Below are positions 51,769 through 63,705 of a stretch of 64,000 nucleotides of DNA, in pieces (the first letter of the stretch is position 1; each line of letters starts with the position of its first letter). The notes below the pieces were generated by a model. The model was not told the origin of the DNA. It ran no database searches and saw only the letters and a program-made list of their open reading frames with translations. The position numbers and the translations under genes are program-made. The DNA comes from Glycera tridactyla (Eukaryota), in contig OZ286474.1 of the NCBI GenBank assembly GCA_965644265.1, forward strand, positions 24,676,001 to 24,740,000. The letters are read 5' to 3'.

Positions 51769-52385
51769 CTGCATCCAGGAATTCATCAAGTGGGGCCAAT
51801 TCCATGCCAGTTGGCGCCATTTGTAGAAGAAATTGCGCCAAATCTGAAAAATTGGCGCCAACAGAAAGACTGGATTTATAAATCGTCACAGAAAACATTT
51901 CTCCTGCCAAAACGATGTCTAGAAAACGTGGCCAACTGGCTGGTATTCATGTGCAATCCTTCTCCAATCCATCATCAGTTCCAATTATCGCCGCGGTTCA
52001 TGGGGTGGCGCAGCCAAAAGTCGTTTCATTTGATGAATGTTCGCCATCTCACGGATATTTGGCGAACTGCGCAGTTTGAAGTCGTTTGAAACGCGCATGC
52101 TGATTGGCCGAGATCGACCAGTTCCTTCTCTACGAGTCAATCAGAATTGAGAAGACAAATCGCCGTTGTCTTCGCACCTTGAGCTACTACGGCTGCCGCG
52201 AGTCTTATCGCCGGATTTTATCCTATTAAACTTGATGTAATACAGGTTTGTGGTGCAGTTTACTCATCGAATCGCGTAGATATTTCGACAAAGGCGTAGC
52301 AGTTGGCGCGCAGTCATGTTCGAATCCCGCAAATGTTCATTTTTTCGCATAAATCCCGCCAAGGCGTGGCCTGGATGCAGCTGTG
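51769..52385. mobile_element. Unclassified CpG-rich element with short imperfect TIRs
   Basis: ctgcatccagg at about 51768-51779 and cctggatgcag at about 52371-52381; tggcgcca subterminal repeats; no TSD resolved. Confidence 0.45.
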
Positions 52386-52869
52386 CCAAGTGTATTCCAA
52401 GATGATCCTGAAGTCAGCTGTTCATATGAGTTTCTAGATTCATTGAATGATACAAGAAAGAGCAACTCCTGCCCAGCCCAATGAGCAGGGGACTGACTCC
52501 TGACAGGAGGACCTCTATTCTCCAGCACTAACACGATGTTAAGTTCAAAATACTCAATCAATAAGCATCATCCCGACCCATAAATTCTTTCCAAACATGC
52601 TATCAATCCCCTGCTGTTATAGTTCAGTCATATGAGATGGAATCTGCAGATTCACTCATCAAACCCCTTAATCCATGATTCATCGACCTTTCTATCTCCT
52701 ACGACAAGATAAATACCTGGAATTAATAGCATGTCAAAACCTCAAAGTGACTGTCTCAAGGGTGAGAAACGCTAATTGGAAATACTGCTGCTTCACAAGT
52801 ATGTGTGGCATATGTGCTCTTTTACTTCATTCTCCCCGAGGCAATGTGTTTGTGTTTGAGTCGCACATA

Positions 52870-53046
52870 CAGTGAAACCTGCGACAAGAGACCCCCCGAC
52901 GAGAGACCACCTCCGACTGGAGACCGCTTTTCCAGGGCAGCTTTTCTATTTGACATATTCAAATATACCTCCGACAAAAGACCACCTCTTTTGAGAGACC
53001 GCTTTTTTGTGACATTTAGGGTGGTCTCTCGTCGCAGGATTCACTG
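52870..53046. mobile_element. Tc1/mariner-type MITE, family B
   Basis: ta|cagtgaaacctgcgac...gtcgcaggattcactg|ta. Confidence 0.87.
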
Positions 53047-53482
53047 TATATACGACTACATTCTGCTTACACACCTCAGACGACGAATTCATCTCGCAAA
53101 TAACAGGGTCAAATATCACGCAAAGTTCGGAATTCATGAGAAATATTGCACTGAAACCTCAACCCAACACCATGTGGTTGGAGACGTGGAAACAAAGGTT
53201 GAGATCCTCAACGGTCCACGACATGTACCCATCCCCCAAATATATAACAGTTCGTGTGTTGCCGATTTAGGAGATTTAAGTTGATAGACATGCACATGGA
53301 AACAATAATGTTTACATAGCATATTAAATGACCCATTTTCAAGGCTCATATTGTTCATGATTCTTAAATCAACAGATGCTAAAGTGAAAGGTCACACTAT
53401 TGTGGACACTGCTTGGTGTGGCAGTAGTATGAATTAGAGTATGAATGCGGTCTCTTTAGCAGGTTTGACTATTTTGGGGATA

Positions 53483-53631
53483 CAGTCGAACCTCTCGATA
53501 AAGACCGCCTTCGGTCACATCAAAAAGTGAGGTCATTTACTGTTGAAAATACTACCACGGTTGCAGGTCAGGGTGGTCTTTATAGGGAGGTGGTCTTTAT
53601 AGAGAGGTGGTCTTTAGAGGAGGTTTGATTG
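53483..53631. mobile_element. Tc1/mariner-type MITE, family A
   Basis: ta|cagtcgaacct...aggtttgattg|ta; similar to 5508 and 37654. Confidence 0.83.
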
Positions 53632-56481
53632 TACAGGTTTTTGCATCTTCACATGGACCCTTGAGCACAGTGGTTGTCAGGTAGGATTATCCGACAGTTC
53701 AGACACGCCTCTACTACACTTCACATAACATTGATTAACCTGAAAACCCCCGACCCCTACTTGTTTCATCACAGACCCACAGCTTCATTTTCAACCATGC
53801 GAGGGTCCCATCCACCCAATTTGATAGACAAAACTGCTGAGGGCAACTCTGCCACACCCAAACCCAATAAAGTGAAATTGGTTAGCTATGGTCGCAGCCT
53901 GCCAATAAATTTTAACTGGGGTATTTTTCTCCCTCCGCTGCACATGAACAGAGTCCTTTGTCAAGCTAACTATATGTGTGTAACCAGACAAGCTAGACCT
54001 CCGTTCACAGTAAAAACCTCAAGTATCGCATTCTAAATTTAAAACCAAACATATAGCTAAAACAGATCCTTGCAATATTCGCTTTCCCCAAATTATGTAT
54101 TAGGTTGAAACACAAGTTTGTATCAAAGTAATATAAGCCCGAAATCGAGATAGAGAGACACACAGATAGAGATGAGATGAGACAGAGACAGACAGAGAGA
54201 GATACAGAGAAAGAGAGAGACAGAGAGAGAGAGACAGAGGAGGGGATGGAAGGAGGGAGAGATGGACTGATGGATGGACATTCACACCACCTGCAGTTGA
54301 ACAGAAAGCACTTGAAAAGATCATACAGTGCTCTATGAAAATTTAATGCACATTCTGATCTATGAAAGCTGTGAAATTGTGAAATCTAAATTCTGGTCAC
54401 ATAGAATGCAGATTTTGTCCATCAATTCTTCACACTTTTGAGATGAAGATGGCTTTCTGATAACAAATCTTTGGTGTGTGTGTGGGCAGATGGGGTGGGG
54501 GGGGGGGTGTGACTTTCATGCACTAACCACTGACCAAAACAAATCTCAAAGTTCGTGGGGAAAAAAACTCATCTGATTATTATACCATCAGATGGTGTGA
54601 TATAAGGACCTGACGCATGATGCCTGTGTTACCCATAACTTCGGATGATAAAGTACAAAAACAGTGATTACAGTTCAGTTACAGTGACAGGTGGCTAATG
54701 GTACGGGCCTTCTTATGGTATCTATGATAGGGGATGACATCTCTACAATCATCCATACAACACCCTCAGTGATGCCTGCAGGGGATACAGTATCCACCTT
54801 TCATAGATCAGAAACACATGGCATACATGATTGGTTCAGGTTGATCCAAGCTGGTAAACTCCCCTTAACTCAACCAAACTCTTACAACAGGGTATAATAC
54901 ATTACCCCACTGCTTACACAATGATCATCCACCCCTAGCTAGAGATAGACCCCAAGTTCGGAATTTCCCCTGGGGCTCTGGAGCCACATGAATTGATCCC
55001 ATATCCACAAGGTAATTTCATGGCCAAGACATCCTGATACACAGTGAAACCTGTAACAGGAGATCCCTAAATGGGAGACCACCTTCAACAGGCAGCTTCA
55101 CTATTTGACCAAGTCCCTATTTGACAAAATATACCTTTTTCGAAACGGCTTTTTGGTGACATTCAGGGTAGTCTCTTACTGAAGGTTTCACCGAAAGATC
55201 CTCAGATTCATTAGAGAACTGATGAATTGATTTGAAGATGCCCACATGAAAACACAGTTTTCTTGAGTCCAAGCAACCTACAGTCAAACCCTGCTCTAGT
55301 GACCACTTCGATACAATGGCCACCTGCCTACAAAGGCCACCCTGAGCCTCGACCTAGAGAGTATTTTCTTCGACTTTCTACAAAGGCCACTTTTTGACTT
55401 TGACTTTGTCGACAGGTCCAACTGAACAGGGTCCTGAGAACCCCAACTAATGTGAAGAAGTTTATCAGTTAGGTACGACTAATTAATTGATCTGAAGATG
55501 CCCTTATGAAAACACAGTTTTCGTGAGTTCAAGGAACCACCTTGTGGTGGAAATCCACCTGTGGGGGTGATAGGGAACCATTAAAGATAGCAGTGCCAAA
55601 TTCATGAATGCCGACAGACAATTTTTTTTTTAGATGCCCTTTTTAATGAGCCTGGAGATTTGGACCCGCCCGGTTACTTCTAACAAAGTGTTAACCACAG
55701 TCAGCAGTAGATGACAGAGATTGAACGGTTTCCGTCAAACGTCACAAATCCTCAACAAAAATGTCTGACACAGACGAGAAAAATGATTATTTGTTCTGTG
55801 CATGTGGCGATCATATCTTCGAGTGTACTCCACACAAAGAGGCTGGAAATTTGGTGGTCACAGCTTCGAGGCTGTTACATAGAAGCATGCGATACATGAG
55901 TCATATCACTCCTAACTGACATGTACATTACGACTTTTCTCCGTTGAGACTTTTGATCATTCTGTCATGATAGCTCAGGAATCACACCAGCAATTTTGGT
56001 GACATTCGTAGAACCCATAAAGCTAGCAGGGGTGGGGGTAGTCGAACTTGGAAAAATNNNNNNNNNNNNNNNNNNNNNNNNNNNNNNNNNNNNNNNNNNN
56101 NNNNNNNNNNNNNNNNNNNNNNNNNNNNNNNNNNNNNNNNNNNNNNNNNNNNNNNNNNNNNNNNNNNNNNNNNNNNNNNNNNNNNNNNNNNNNNNNNNNN
56201 NNNNNNNNNNNNNNNNNNNNNNNNNNNNNNNNNCACACACAAACACACACGCTCATGTACATGCACACACACACACATATGCACGAACACACACACACAC
56301 ACCATCACAAGCCATGTACCCATTCATCCATCCATGGCATAGTGACTGTTAAATTCAATTAGGCACAGACAGAAATCAATCAACTTGTCTGAGAGATTAT
56401 TATTTGATGTACCCCAGTGAATACAAATAATTGATGAGTTTCTCTCAACATTTAAACAAATTTCCAACAGCAATGATGACG

Positions 56482-57040
56482 ACATTGTTCACAATAAGGA
56501 TACCCAGTTTTCTATATAATTCCCGAATTTGATCCTGAAGAAATACAGTGAAACCTGCAATGGGAGACTACCCTAAATGTCACAAAAAACTGGTCTCTCA
56601 AAAGAGGTGGTCTCTCAAAAGAGGTATATTAAAAGCTGCGGTGGTCTCTCATTGGAGGTGGTCTCTCATCACAATGTTGTTCACAATAAGGATATCCAGT
56701 TTTCTATAGATTAGTTTTCTATAGATTTCCCGAATTTGATCCTGAAGAAATACAGAGAAACCTGCAATGGAAGACTACCCTAAATGTCACAAAAAAACTG
56801 GTCTCTCAAAAGAGGTGGTCTCTCGTCAGAGGTATATTGAAAGCTGCCCTGCTGCGGTGGTCTCTCATTGGAGGTGGTCTCTCATTACGATGTTGTTCAC
56901 AATAAGGATATCCAGTTTCCTATTTCATCCCTGAATTTGGTCCTGAAGAAATACAGTGAAACCTGCAATGGGACACCACCCTGAATGTCACCAAAATCTG
57001 GTCTCTCATTGGAGGTGGTCTCTCCACAGGTTTCAATGTA
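56482..57040. repeat. Tandem triplication of a family-B MITE plus left flank
   Basis: ttgttcacaataaggata.ccagttt...aatttg.tcctgaagaaatacag.gaaacctgcaatgg repeats at about 56482, 56673 and 56889; only the last unit keeps a right TIR (caggtttcaatgta). Confidence 0.85.
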
Positions 57041-57257
57041 GTCTAAAATGTAGATCAAACTTGGAGGGTGCAACTTTGCCTGATGAAGTTCATAAAAACA
57101 GATATTTCCTGATCAGGGAAGATGTGTGGGCCTTTTGGGCACATTGATCCAGTCTCTAAATGCCCTTTTATAATTTGAAACCATTTAATCTAATCAAAGT
57201 ACTCTAAATTGCATTTGCCTTTTGCATGTACCAGGGTAAGCAAAACGTAATACTCAC

Positions 57258-57328
57258 GCTTTTTTGATTTCACTCTCTGTGGCATTTTTCTCGACCCCAA
57301 GGATTTTATAATAATCCGGGTCAGTCAT
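57258..57328 (-). CDS. DNAJB6: DNAJB6-like Hsp40, first coding exon
   Basis: ATG ACT GAC CCG GAT TAT TAT...AAA AAA GC|gtgagt; MTDPDYYKILGVEKNATESEIKKA is J-domain helix I; phase 2 joins exon 44651. Possible NAGNAG acceptor (ttaacag|cag) at 57360. Confidence 0.93.
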
Positions 57329-57901
57329 CTTGGTTTTCGTGTGGCGGCCCGTGGTTGCTGCTGTTAACACACAAGAAAATAATCCCATTATAATAAAGCA
57401 TATATATTGGATTTCAGATGAAGTGTGGCATGGGATTAGAAAAAAACATGTGACTGGACCTGCAAAAGTAAATCAAGTGAGGCACATTGACACACAATTG
57501 CACGTACGCACGCACGCACACACGCCACAAAACTGCTGGTGCCGAAACAACAGATCAGCTGTGACATCATCGAGGCGTTCATCCTCCACAATGACATCAT
57601 AACAAGCTGGGTCAAAGGTCAATCTTAGAGAAGACCTCCACATATTGGATTGAGGACAGATTTGGTATACAGGTGCAAACGGATAGATTGAAATAGCAAA
57701 TTGAGATGTAACTGAACCTGTCTACAAAGATCACACTTTCATGCATCAAAATGCGGTGGTTGTACACAGGTGGCCTTTATACAGAGGTGGACTCTCGAAC
57801 AGGTTCAATTGTATTGGTTCTTTGGGTGGACTGTCCACACCCAGACACACAGTCATAGGTGAATGGGATGAAGAATGATGATCATTTGATCAACACTTGA
57901 C

Positions 57902-58262
57902 CAGTCTTCACGAAAAACTTTTTCAGCTACTCTCCCATCGGGAGAGCAGATTGGGAGAATCACTCTCCCAAAAATGAATTCACTCTCCCGAATTTGTGCA
58001 AGTCTCACTAATATATATTTTCCTGAGGTTCGTTCTTCAGAATCATACCTGTGCAGGCAAATGCAAAGCCTACTCACAGGGACTAGGGATTATTGTTGGT
58101 GTAATCAAAATTGTGGTGTTCTGTCTTCACAGAAAATCCATCACACTCACATTAACTGAGAATTTCCCACTCTCCCATCGGGAGAGTGAGTTGGAAGATT
58201 GACTCTCCCGAAATCAAATTCACTCTCCCCGGGATTTGGGAGAGTGCTAAATTCGAAGACTG
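57902..58262. mobile_element. CAGTCTTC-ended MITE with 6-bp TSD
   Basis: cagtcttcacgaa...ttcgaagactg; cttgac on both sides; many actctccc/gggagag subterminal repeats. Confidence 0.78.
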
Positions 58263-59299
58263 CTTGACATAAAGAAACCCACATGACATGATGACAGGAT
58301 GGGTTTGCCATGAACTGTGATCGCATCCTTCTGAGGAACATGTACACCCCACCCACCCTCTAGAGATGCAAGGACTTGACCAGAGACCGAGGTCTCTGAC
58401 TCCACCCAAGTCATCTTATTGAGTGCCAATCATGTAGACCCCAGGAAGATATCCTCAAGGGCATCACATGTGGAAGCATATGTAGGTGTCCATGCACCTG
58501 AAATTGAATGAAGAAACCATACTCCAGTATAACAATCATACAAATATGCATATGTGTGTGTGTGTGCATGTGTGTATGCATGCGTCTGNNNNNNNNNNNN
58601 NNNNNNNNNNNNNNNNNNNNNNNNNNNNNNNNNNNNNNNNNNNNNNNNNNNNNNNNNNNNNNNNNNNNNNNNNNNNNNNNNNNNNNNNNNNNNNNNNNNN
58701 NNNNNNNNNNNNNNNNNNNNNNNNNNGAGGGTGAAGATTGAGACAGGGGAGGGCTGAGAGAGGAAGATAGGAAAGGGGGGGAAAGAGAGATGAGAGGGAG
58801 AGAAAGAAAGGGTGGGAAAGAGAGGGAGAGAGGGAGGAGGAAATGGAGAGGGAGTTGGAGGGGTGGGGGCAAAGNNNNNNNNNNNNNNNNNNNNNNNNNN
58901 NNNNNNNNNNNNNNNNNNNNNNNNNNNNNNNNNNNNNNNNNNNNNNNNNNNNNNNNNNNNNNNNNNNNNNNNNNNNNNNNNNNNNNNNNNNNNNNNNNNN
59001 NNNNNNNNNNNNNNNNNNNNNNTGAAGGTAGAAGGAAAATCAGTCTCACCTTCGTGTGCACTGAATAAATAAAAACTTTGGTATATATACAGTAGCTCCC
59101 AGTTGTATGTTGAATCCTTTGGTAAGTGTAATCCAGAAGTTGTAATAAATATATAAATATATACAATATGATTATAACAAATAAATATAAATAAATTAAT
59201 AACAATAAATGGAGTCTGAGAAAGAATAGTGTATGCTCAATCCAGCATGGTGTGGTGTAGAAGTATCAACTATGAACTGAAGTCACTGACGACCTGACT

Positions 59300-59460
59300 C
59301 ATATTTATAAGATAGCGACAATGAGGATGTATGCTCCTCTCGAAACTACCAAGGCGTACAACCACCCGCCACCAGCAGTTGAAATGTACGTCATTATAAT
59401 GAAGTGGGACACCTGACGTCATGGCGACGACGACCACCTGATCTGACGGTGCACGTGTGT
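59300..59460. promoter_or_regulatory. Possible DNAJB6 promoter or first non-coding exon region
   Basis: Local CpG enrichment 2 kb upstream of the ATG exon, with CRE TGACGTCA (59414-59421) and E-box CACGTG (59452-59457). Motif presence only. Confidence 0.3.
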
Positions 59461-60194
59461 GCATGTGTGTGCAATGCTACACTGCACTTTGGGGAGTTCC
59501 CTCATACCGACAACAGCCGTTGCTGATCATTTGACACCAGTGAAACCAAGCGTTGCTTGTACGTTTTTCCAGTGATGTTCATTTCACCATATCCATCCAC
59601 AGCTTCTTCAGAGAGCTTCTTAGAACCTACACTAATAACATCACCAGCGTAACACAATCCCGCAAAGCAGTCACGATGCTCATTAATCTCATTGATCAAA
59701 CCAACATGTTCGGATGGCATGTTCGTATTACGCCATCGGATACGTCATATTTAGTTCAACATCAATTCCCATCTTCAAATCTTTTAACAATGAGTACTGC
59801 CCTTTGTTTAGAAGCATCGCTATCAGGTTTGGATGTCAGTGACACATGCGCGGTTCCATCTAGGATTTCCAAACATGGGGGCATTTGACCCCTCAAATTC
59901 AAGAAGGGGGGGGGGGGGCATTTCATCACAAAATTATCTAAAATGGATTCACTTGGGATCAGAAAATGCAGCCTCTGTGTTGATTTAGGGGACATCATGA
60001 CCCCTGATTGCCTTGAAAAGGGGCCAGCGGTCGATGAAATTTGTGAAATGCCCCCCTGACCATTCTGGATGCAATCCTGCACATGTAACTATGTTATCGT
60101 TATGTTCATCAGGTTCATGCAGAGTTCGTTGAGGTGTGTCTGAACTGTCAGCTACTTCCCATTGAAACATTTTCATCTTCTTCTATTCATAGTA

Positions 60195-60545
60195 CAGTCA
60201 AACTTGTCCTAAGCATAAAGCCACGGGACGTGAAAAACATGTGTGCCTAGAGCATGTTCATGCTTATAACAGTTCAGATAAAGCCACATATACACCCAAT
60301 CTGTTTAGGCAAATGTTTTTGGCGAGTAAGTTTGGGGCGCCACGGAAGAGACGCTAATTTCTTGAAGTCCTGAATTGTTCGTTTATACGCGATATTATCG
60401 CCCACGTGAAAATCACCGAAAATCCTCTCTCCAGTGACTTTTCACTATAGACAGGTTTTCCTGTACTCTGGTGGGATGAACAGAATCCTGTTGCTTAGGA
60501 CAAGTGCTTGCTTAGTACAAGTCTTGCTTGGGACAAGTTTGACTG
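60195..60545. mobile_element. Tc1/mariner-type MITE (351 bp)
   Basis: ta|cagtcaaacttgtcctaagca...cttgggacaagtttgactg|ta. Confidence 0.82.
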
Positions 60546-61066
60546 TATAAGAGTATATTACAGGCATTGCAGATTATTAATAATGTTTGAAGTTCCAAGC
60601 TTTCATAATATGCCATGAACAATCATCTACTCGTGTGATAACATTTACTTTCTTCCCTTATGTTGCAATATTATCAGGAATGGAAATGAAGTGTTATGAC
60701 TCAATACCAAGGGGACCAGTACACACCAGCAATGAGACGGTGTTTTCACAATGCTTCCAGGGACACAGCTGTCATCTCGAGCGAGCGAGTGGTGGGAATT
60801 CCACGATTGCGGCAGTATGCTGACTTCATTACAACCTTCTTCATCATAACCAATCAAGACCTTCTTCAGTCAGCTGACTGCACACACACATCATCAGCTG
60901 ACAATGTGTCGCCTGGACACAATGGACAACCTTGTTCTCCTCCCCGAAATTGTTGCATTTAGTCACTGGCATTACTCGACCACTATTTTATGAAGACACA
61001 AATTACTGATTGGGGAAATCATGGAGCTCAACTAAGGAAGTGAAATCCACATTTAGCATGAGGATA

Positions 61067-61288
61067 CAGGGCTCTACGCTAATGGTTGCCCTACTGGCAC
61101 AGGCAGGCAGATTTGCTGTTAGGGCAGGTGATTTTGTCAATCTGCCTGCCCCATGGGCAGGTACTCAATCATTATTTGTGCTATGATTATATGCAGGAGG
61201 GCAGGTGAAAATGACTGGGAGGGCAGGTAAAAATCCTACTACACCTGCCCGAAGGACAGCTGAAGAAAAAAGTTAATGTAGAGCCCTG
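61067..61288. mobile_element. hAT-like MITE, CAGGGCTCTAC family, 5-bp TSD
   Basis: Inverted near-copy of 19107-19328; ggata on both sides. Confidence 0.87.
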
Positions 61289-61842
61289 GGATATCATGAC
61301 TGAGTATAAATCAAGTTTACTTATCATGTATTCTTTTTAAGCTGACAGTACATATCCTGGAATTAACTATCTATTGTATACAATACTTTTGGTCTTTATC
61401 AATTTGTTTTATCTGAGCAAATGGATGACTGACCAAGAACAGTTATTGGTGTGAATAGAGGAAAACCTGCATCAGGCAACCATTGCATAAAACATCCACC
61501 TGTCTTAGGCAGCCACTTTCTTATTTCAAAGATCTGGAGTGTTTTTGTCAGAATTTAGTGTTTCTTCTTAGGATGCCAATTAGTATTCTGATCCCAAATT
61601 CTGAAGGCAAAAAAACATTAACTGACAGTTGTGTTTGCGGCTTCAGACCGTTTTCCATCATCATCCTGAAACTCCCTATACTTCCCAAAACACCAGATTT
61701 GGACATTTTTAGGCTGATTCCAGAAACTTTGTGATCAATTTCCTGAAAACTTGCATCACTTTGGAAGGTATACACCATTTGCAGGAGTATATTAGACCTT
61801 TGTACCTGAATCTGAGATATATGTGCTTGTATCATCTCAATA

Positions 61843-62020
61843 CAGTGAAACCTGTCTTGGGAGACCCCTCTTTTGGGAGACCACCCTCTATTGGGAGACC
61901 GCTCTTTATCAGCTCTTCTCTATTTGACATAGTCAAATATACCTCCAATGAGAGACCACCTGTCTTGAGAGACCGCTTTTTGTTGGCATTTGTGGCAGTC
62001 TCCCAAGACAGGTTTTACTG
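61843..62020. mobile_element. Tc1/mariner-type MITE, family B
   Basis: ta|cagtgaaacctgtcttgggagacc...cccaagacaggttttactg|ta; central tttgacatagtcaaa. Confidence 0.87.
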
Positions 62021-63618
62021 TAATGATGATGTGCTGTCTTCGCCAAATCAAGTTATTGTCATTGTCATTAAGGGGTGGACCCTCATCACAGGTTGACTAC
62101 CTACCACATGACTATGTATCCAGCATAACTCATGGGTAATCAATGACAAGCTGCTGCCTACACCCTTCAACAAGGAAGTGACTGCAGGAATTACCACTCT
62201 ACCTCCACACTGACAGTCAAGTATCAATCAATCAATATTTCATTTGGACTCAATCATCCTGATTTGTCGATGATACTGTCATCAGTAATAAGCACGTTCT
62301 TCATGCGGTTGTCAATCAATAAGAACCCAAAAAAAATCAGTCGATTCATTGATATAAAGATAACATACACAATAGTACTTGAAAACACATGAATGAGGAA
62401 CACATGACACAAGAAACCAATCAAACAAATAGGTGTTCTCTCCTCAGGTGTACATTTGATTTTAATGTTTCAGGAGGTCTCTCGAAATGAGTGGTCTTTT
62501 ATCAGAGGCGTTTGCCCGCTGCATATTCCACTTTATCCTGAATCAGCAACTTGCTCACAAACACTTTTTATTGCACGGCTAAATACAGGATTATCAATGA
62601 AACTGAGAAGCCAGAAATTTCATAGAGACAGTGACACCTAAGATGAGGTCTTTTGAAAGAGGTGGTTCATCATCAGAGGTTTATTTGACTATCTCCTGTG
62701 AATGTGGTCTCACACTGAGAGTCATCATGTGTACGGTACTGGTTTGATAATAGAGTGAAACATGTGACAACCTGTGGCAACTGGCCCAAAAGTCGTCTCA
62801 GAAAAGAGGCAGTCTCTCATCAGAGGTATATTTGACTAACTCTGTCAAATATTATAGCTTCCATGAAAAAGCGGTCTTGCATCAGATATATCGTCTCTCA
62901 TTGGAGGGTTTCTTATCACAGGGTTGTGGTGTGCACATCTATGCACTTTTCATGTGCCATTCAACATGTGTTCCCTAAACCATGGAATATTTTCAGTCTG
63001 TTAAATCACATGTGTCTTCTGGGCACATTATGTACAGCTGCATGCGCAAATTCCTGACTTTATGTGCTTTTTAGCACAAGGCACAGAGTCCGGCATGCCC
63101 TGTGACCATCATACCCTTATTACAAGTTACACACATACATGCATAGGGAAATTCACCTTGTGCACATCTCTGCATGGATGTGCACAGCAGATGTGTGCAA
63201 ATTCGTCAGTGCACCAATGTATCCGTTGGAATACATGATGCTACATTGGAATACATGACGCCACGTCTATCTCCCAGAGGAGGCAGGTCAGATCAGTCAA
63301 GGTAGAGACAACCCAACCTCAGCCGTGAATCACAGCCCGGGAAGTGTGCCCATTCCTCAAGGATATGACAACCATTAAGTGGTTTTGCACCATGAAAAGG
63401 AACACGTCCCCGGCCATTCAGTGGTTTGTATCATACCAAAATGATGAACTTCCCCCAGAAGTAGACACATCAGTGTCTAAATTTGACATCTATGTCAGTG
63501 ACCTGAAAATCACACGTACAAGGAAATTGGTGACTAAAGTATCAACACATGATGGAGGATTGTATGTGGTGCCTGAATATTCAAATTCAAATTCAAAATA
63601 ACTTTATTCAAACTTGTA

Positions 63619-63705
63619 AAGTGAAATCTGCAACGAGAGACCACCACCGACGGGAGACCACTTTTCCAGGCCATTTAGGTTGGTCTCTTGTCGCAGGTTT
63701 CACTG
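63619..63705. mobile_element. Short internally deleted family-B MITE
   Basis: aagtgaaatctgcaacgagagacc...gtcgcaggtttcactg|ta. Confidence 0.7.

Noticed and set aside
51404-51910. 168-aa proline-rich ORF
   Set aside because: Poly-Pro arises from G homopolymers; no codon or splice support.
52290-52335. GTTCGAATCC B-box suggesting a tRNA gene
   Set aside because: The A-box is incomplete and no cloverleaf or acceptor stem can be formed.
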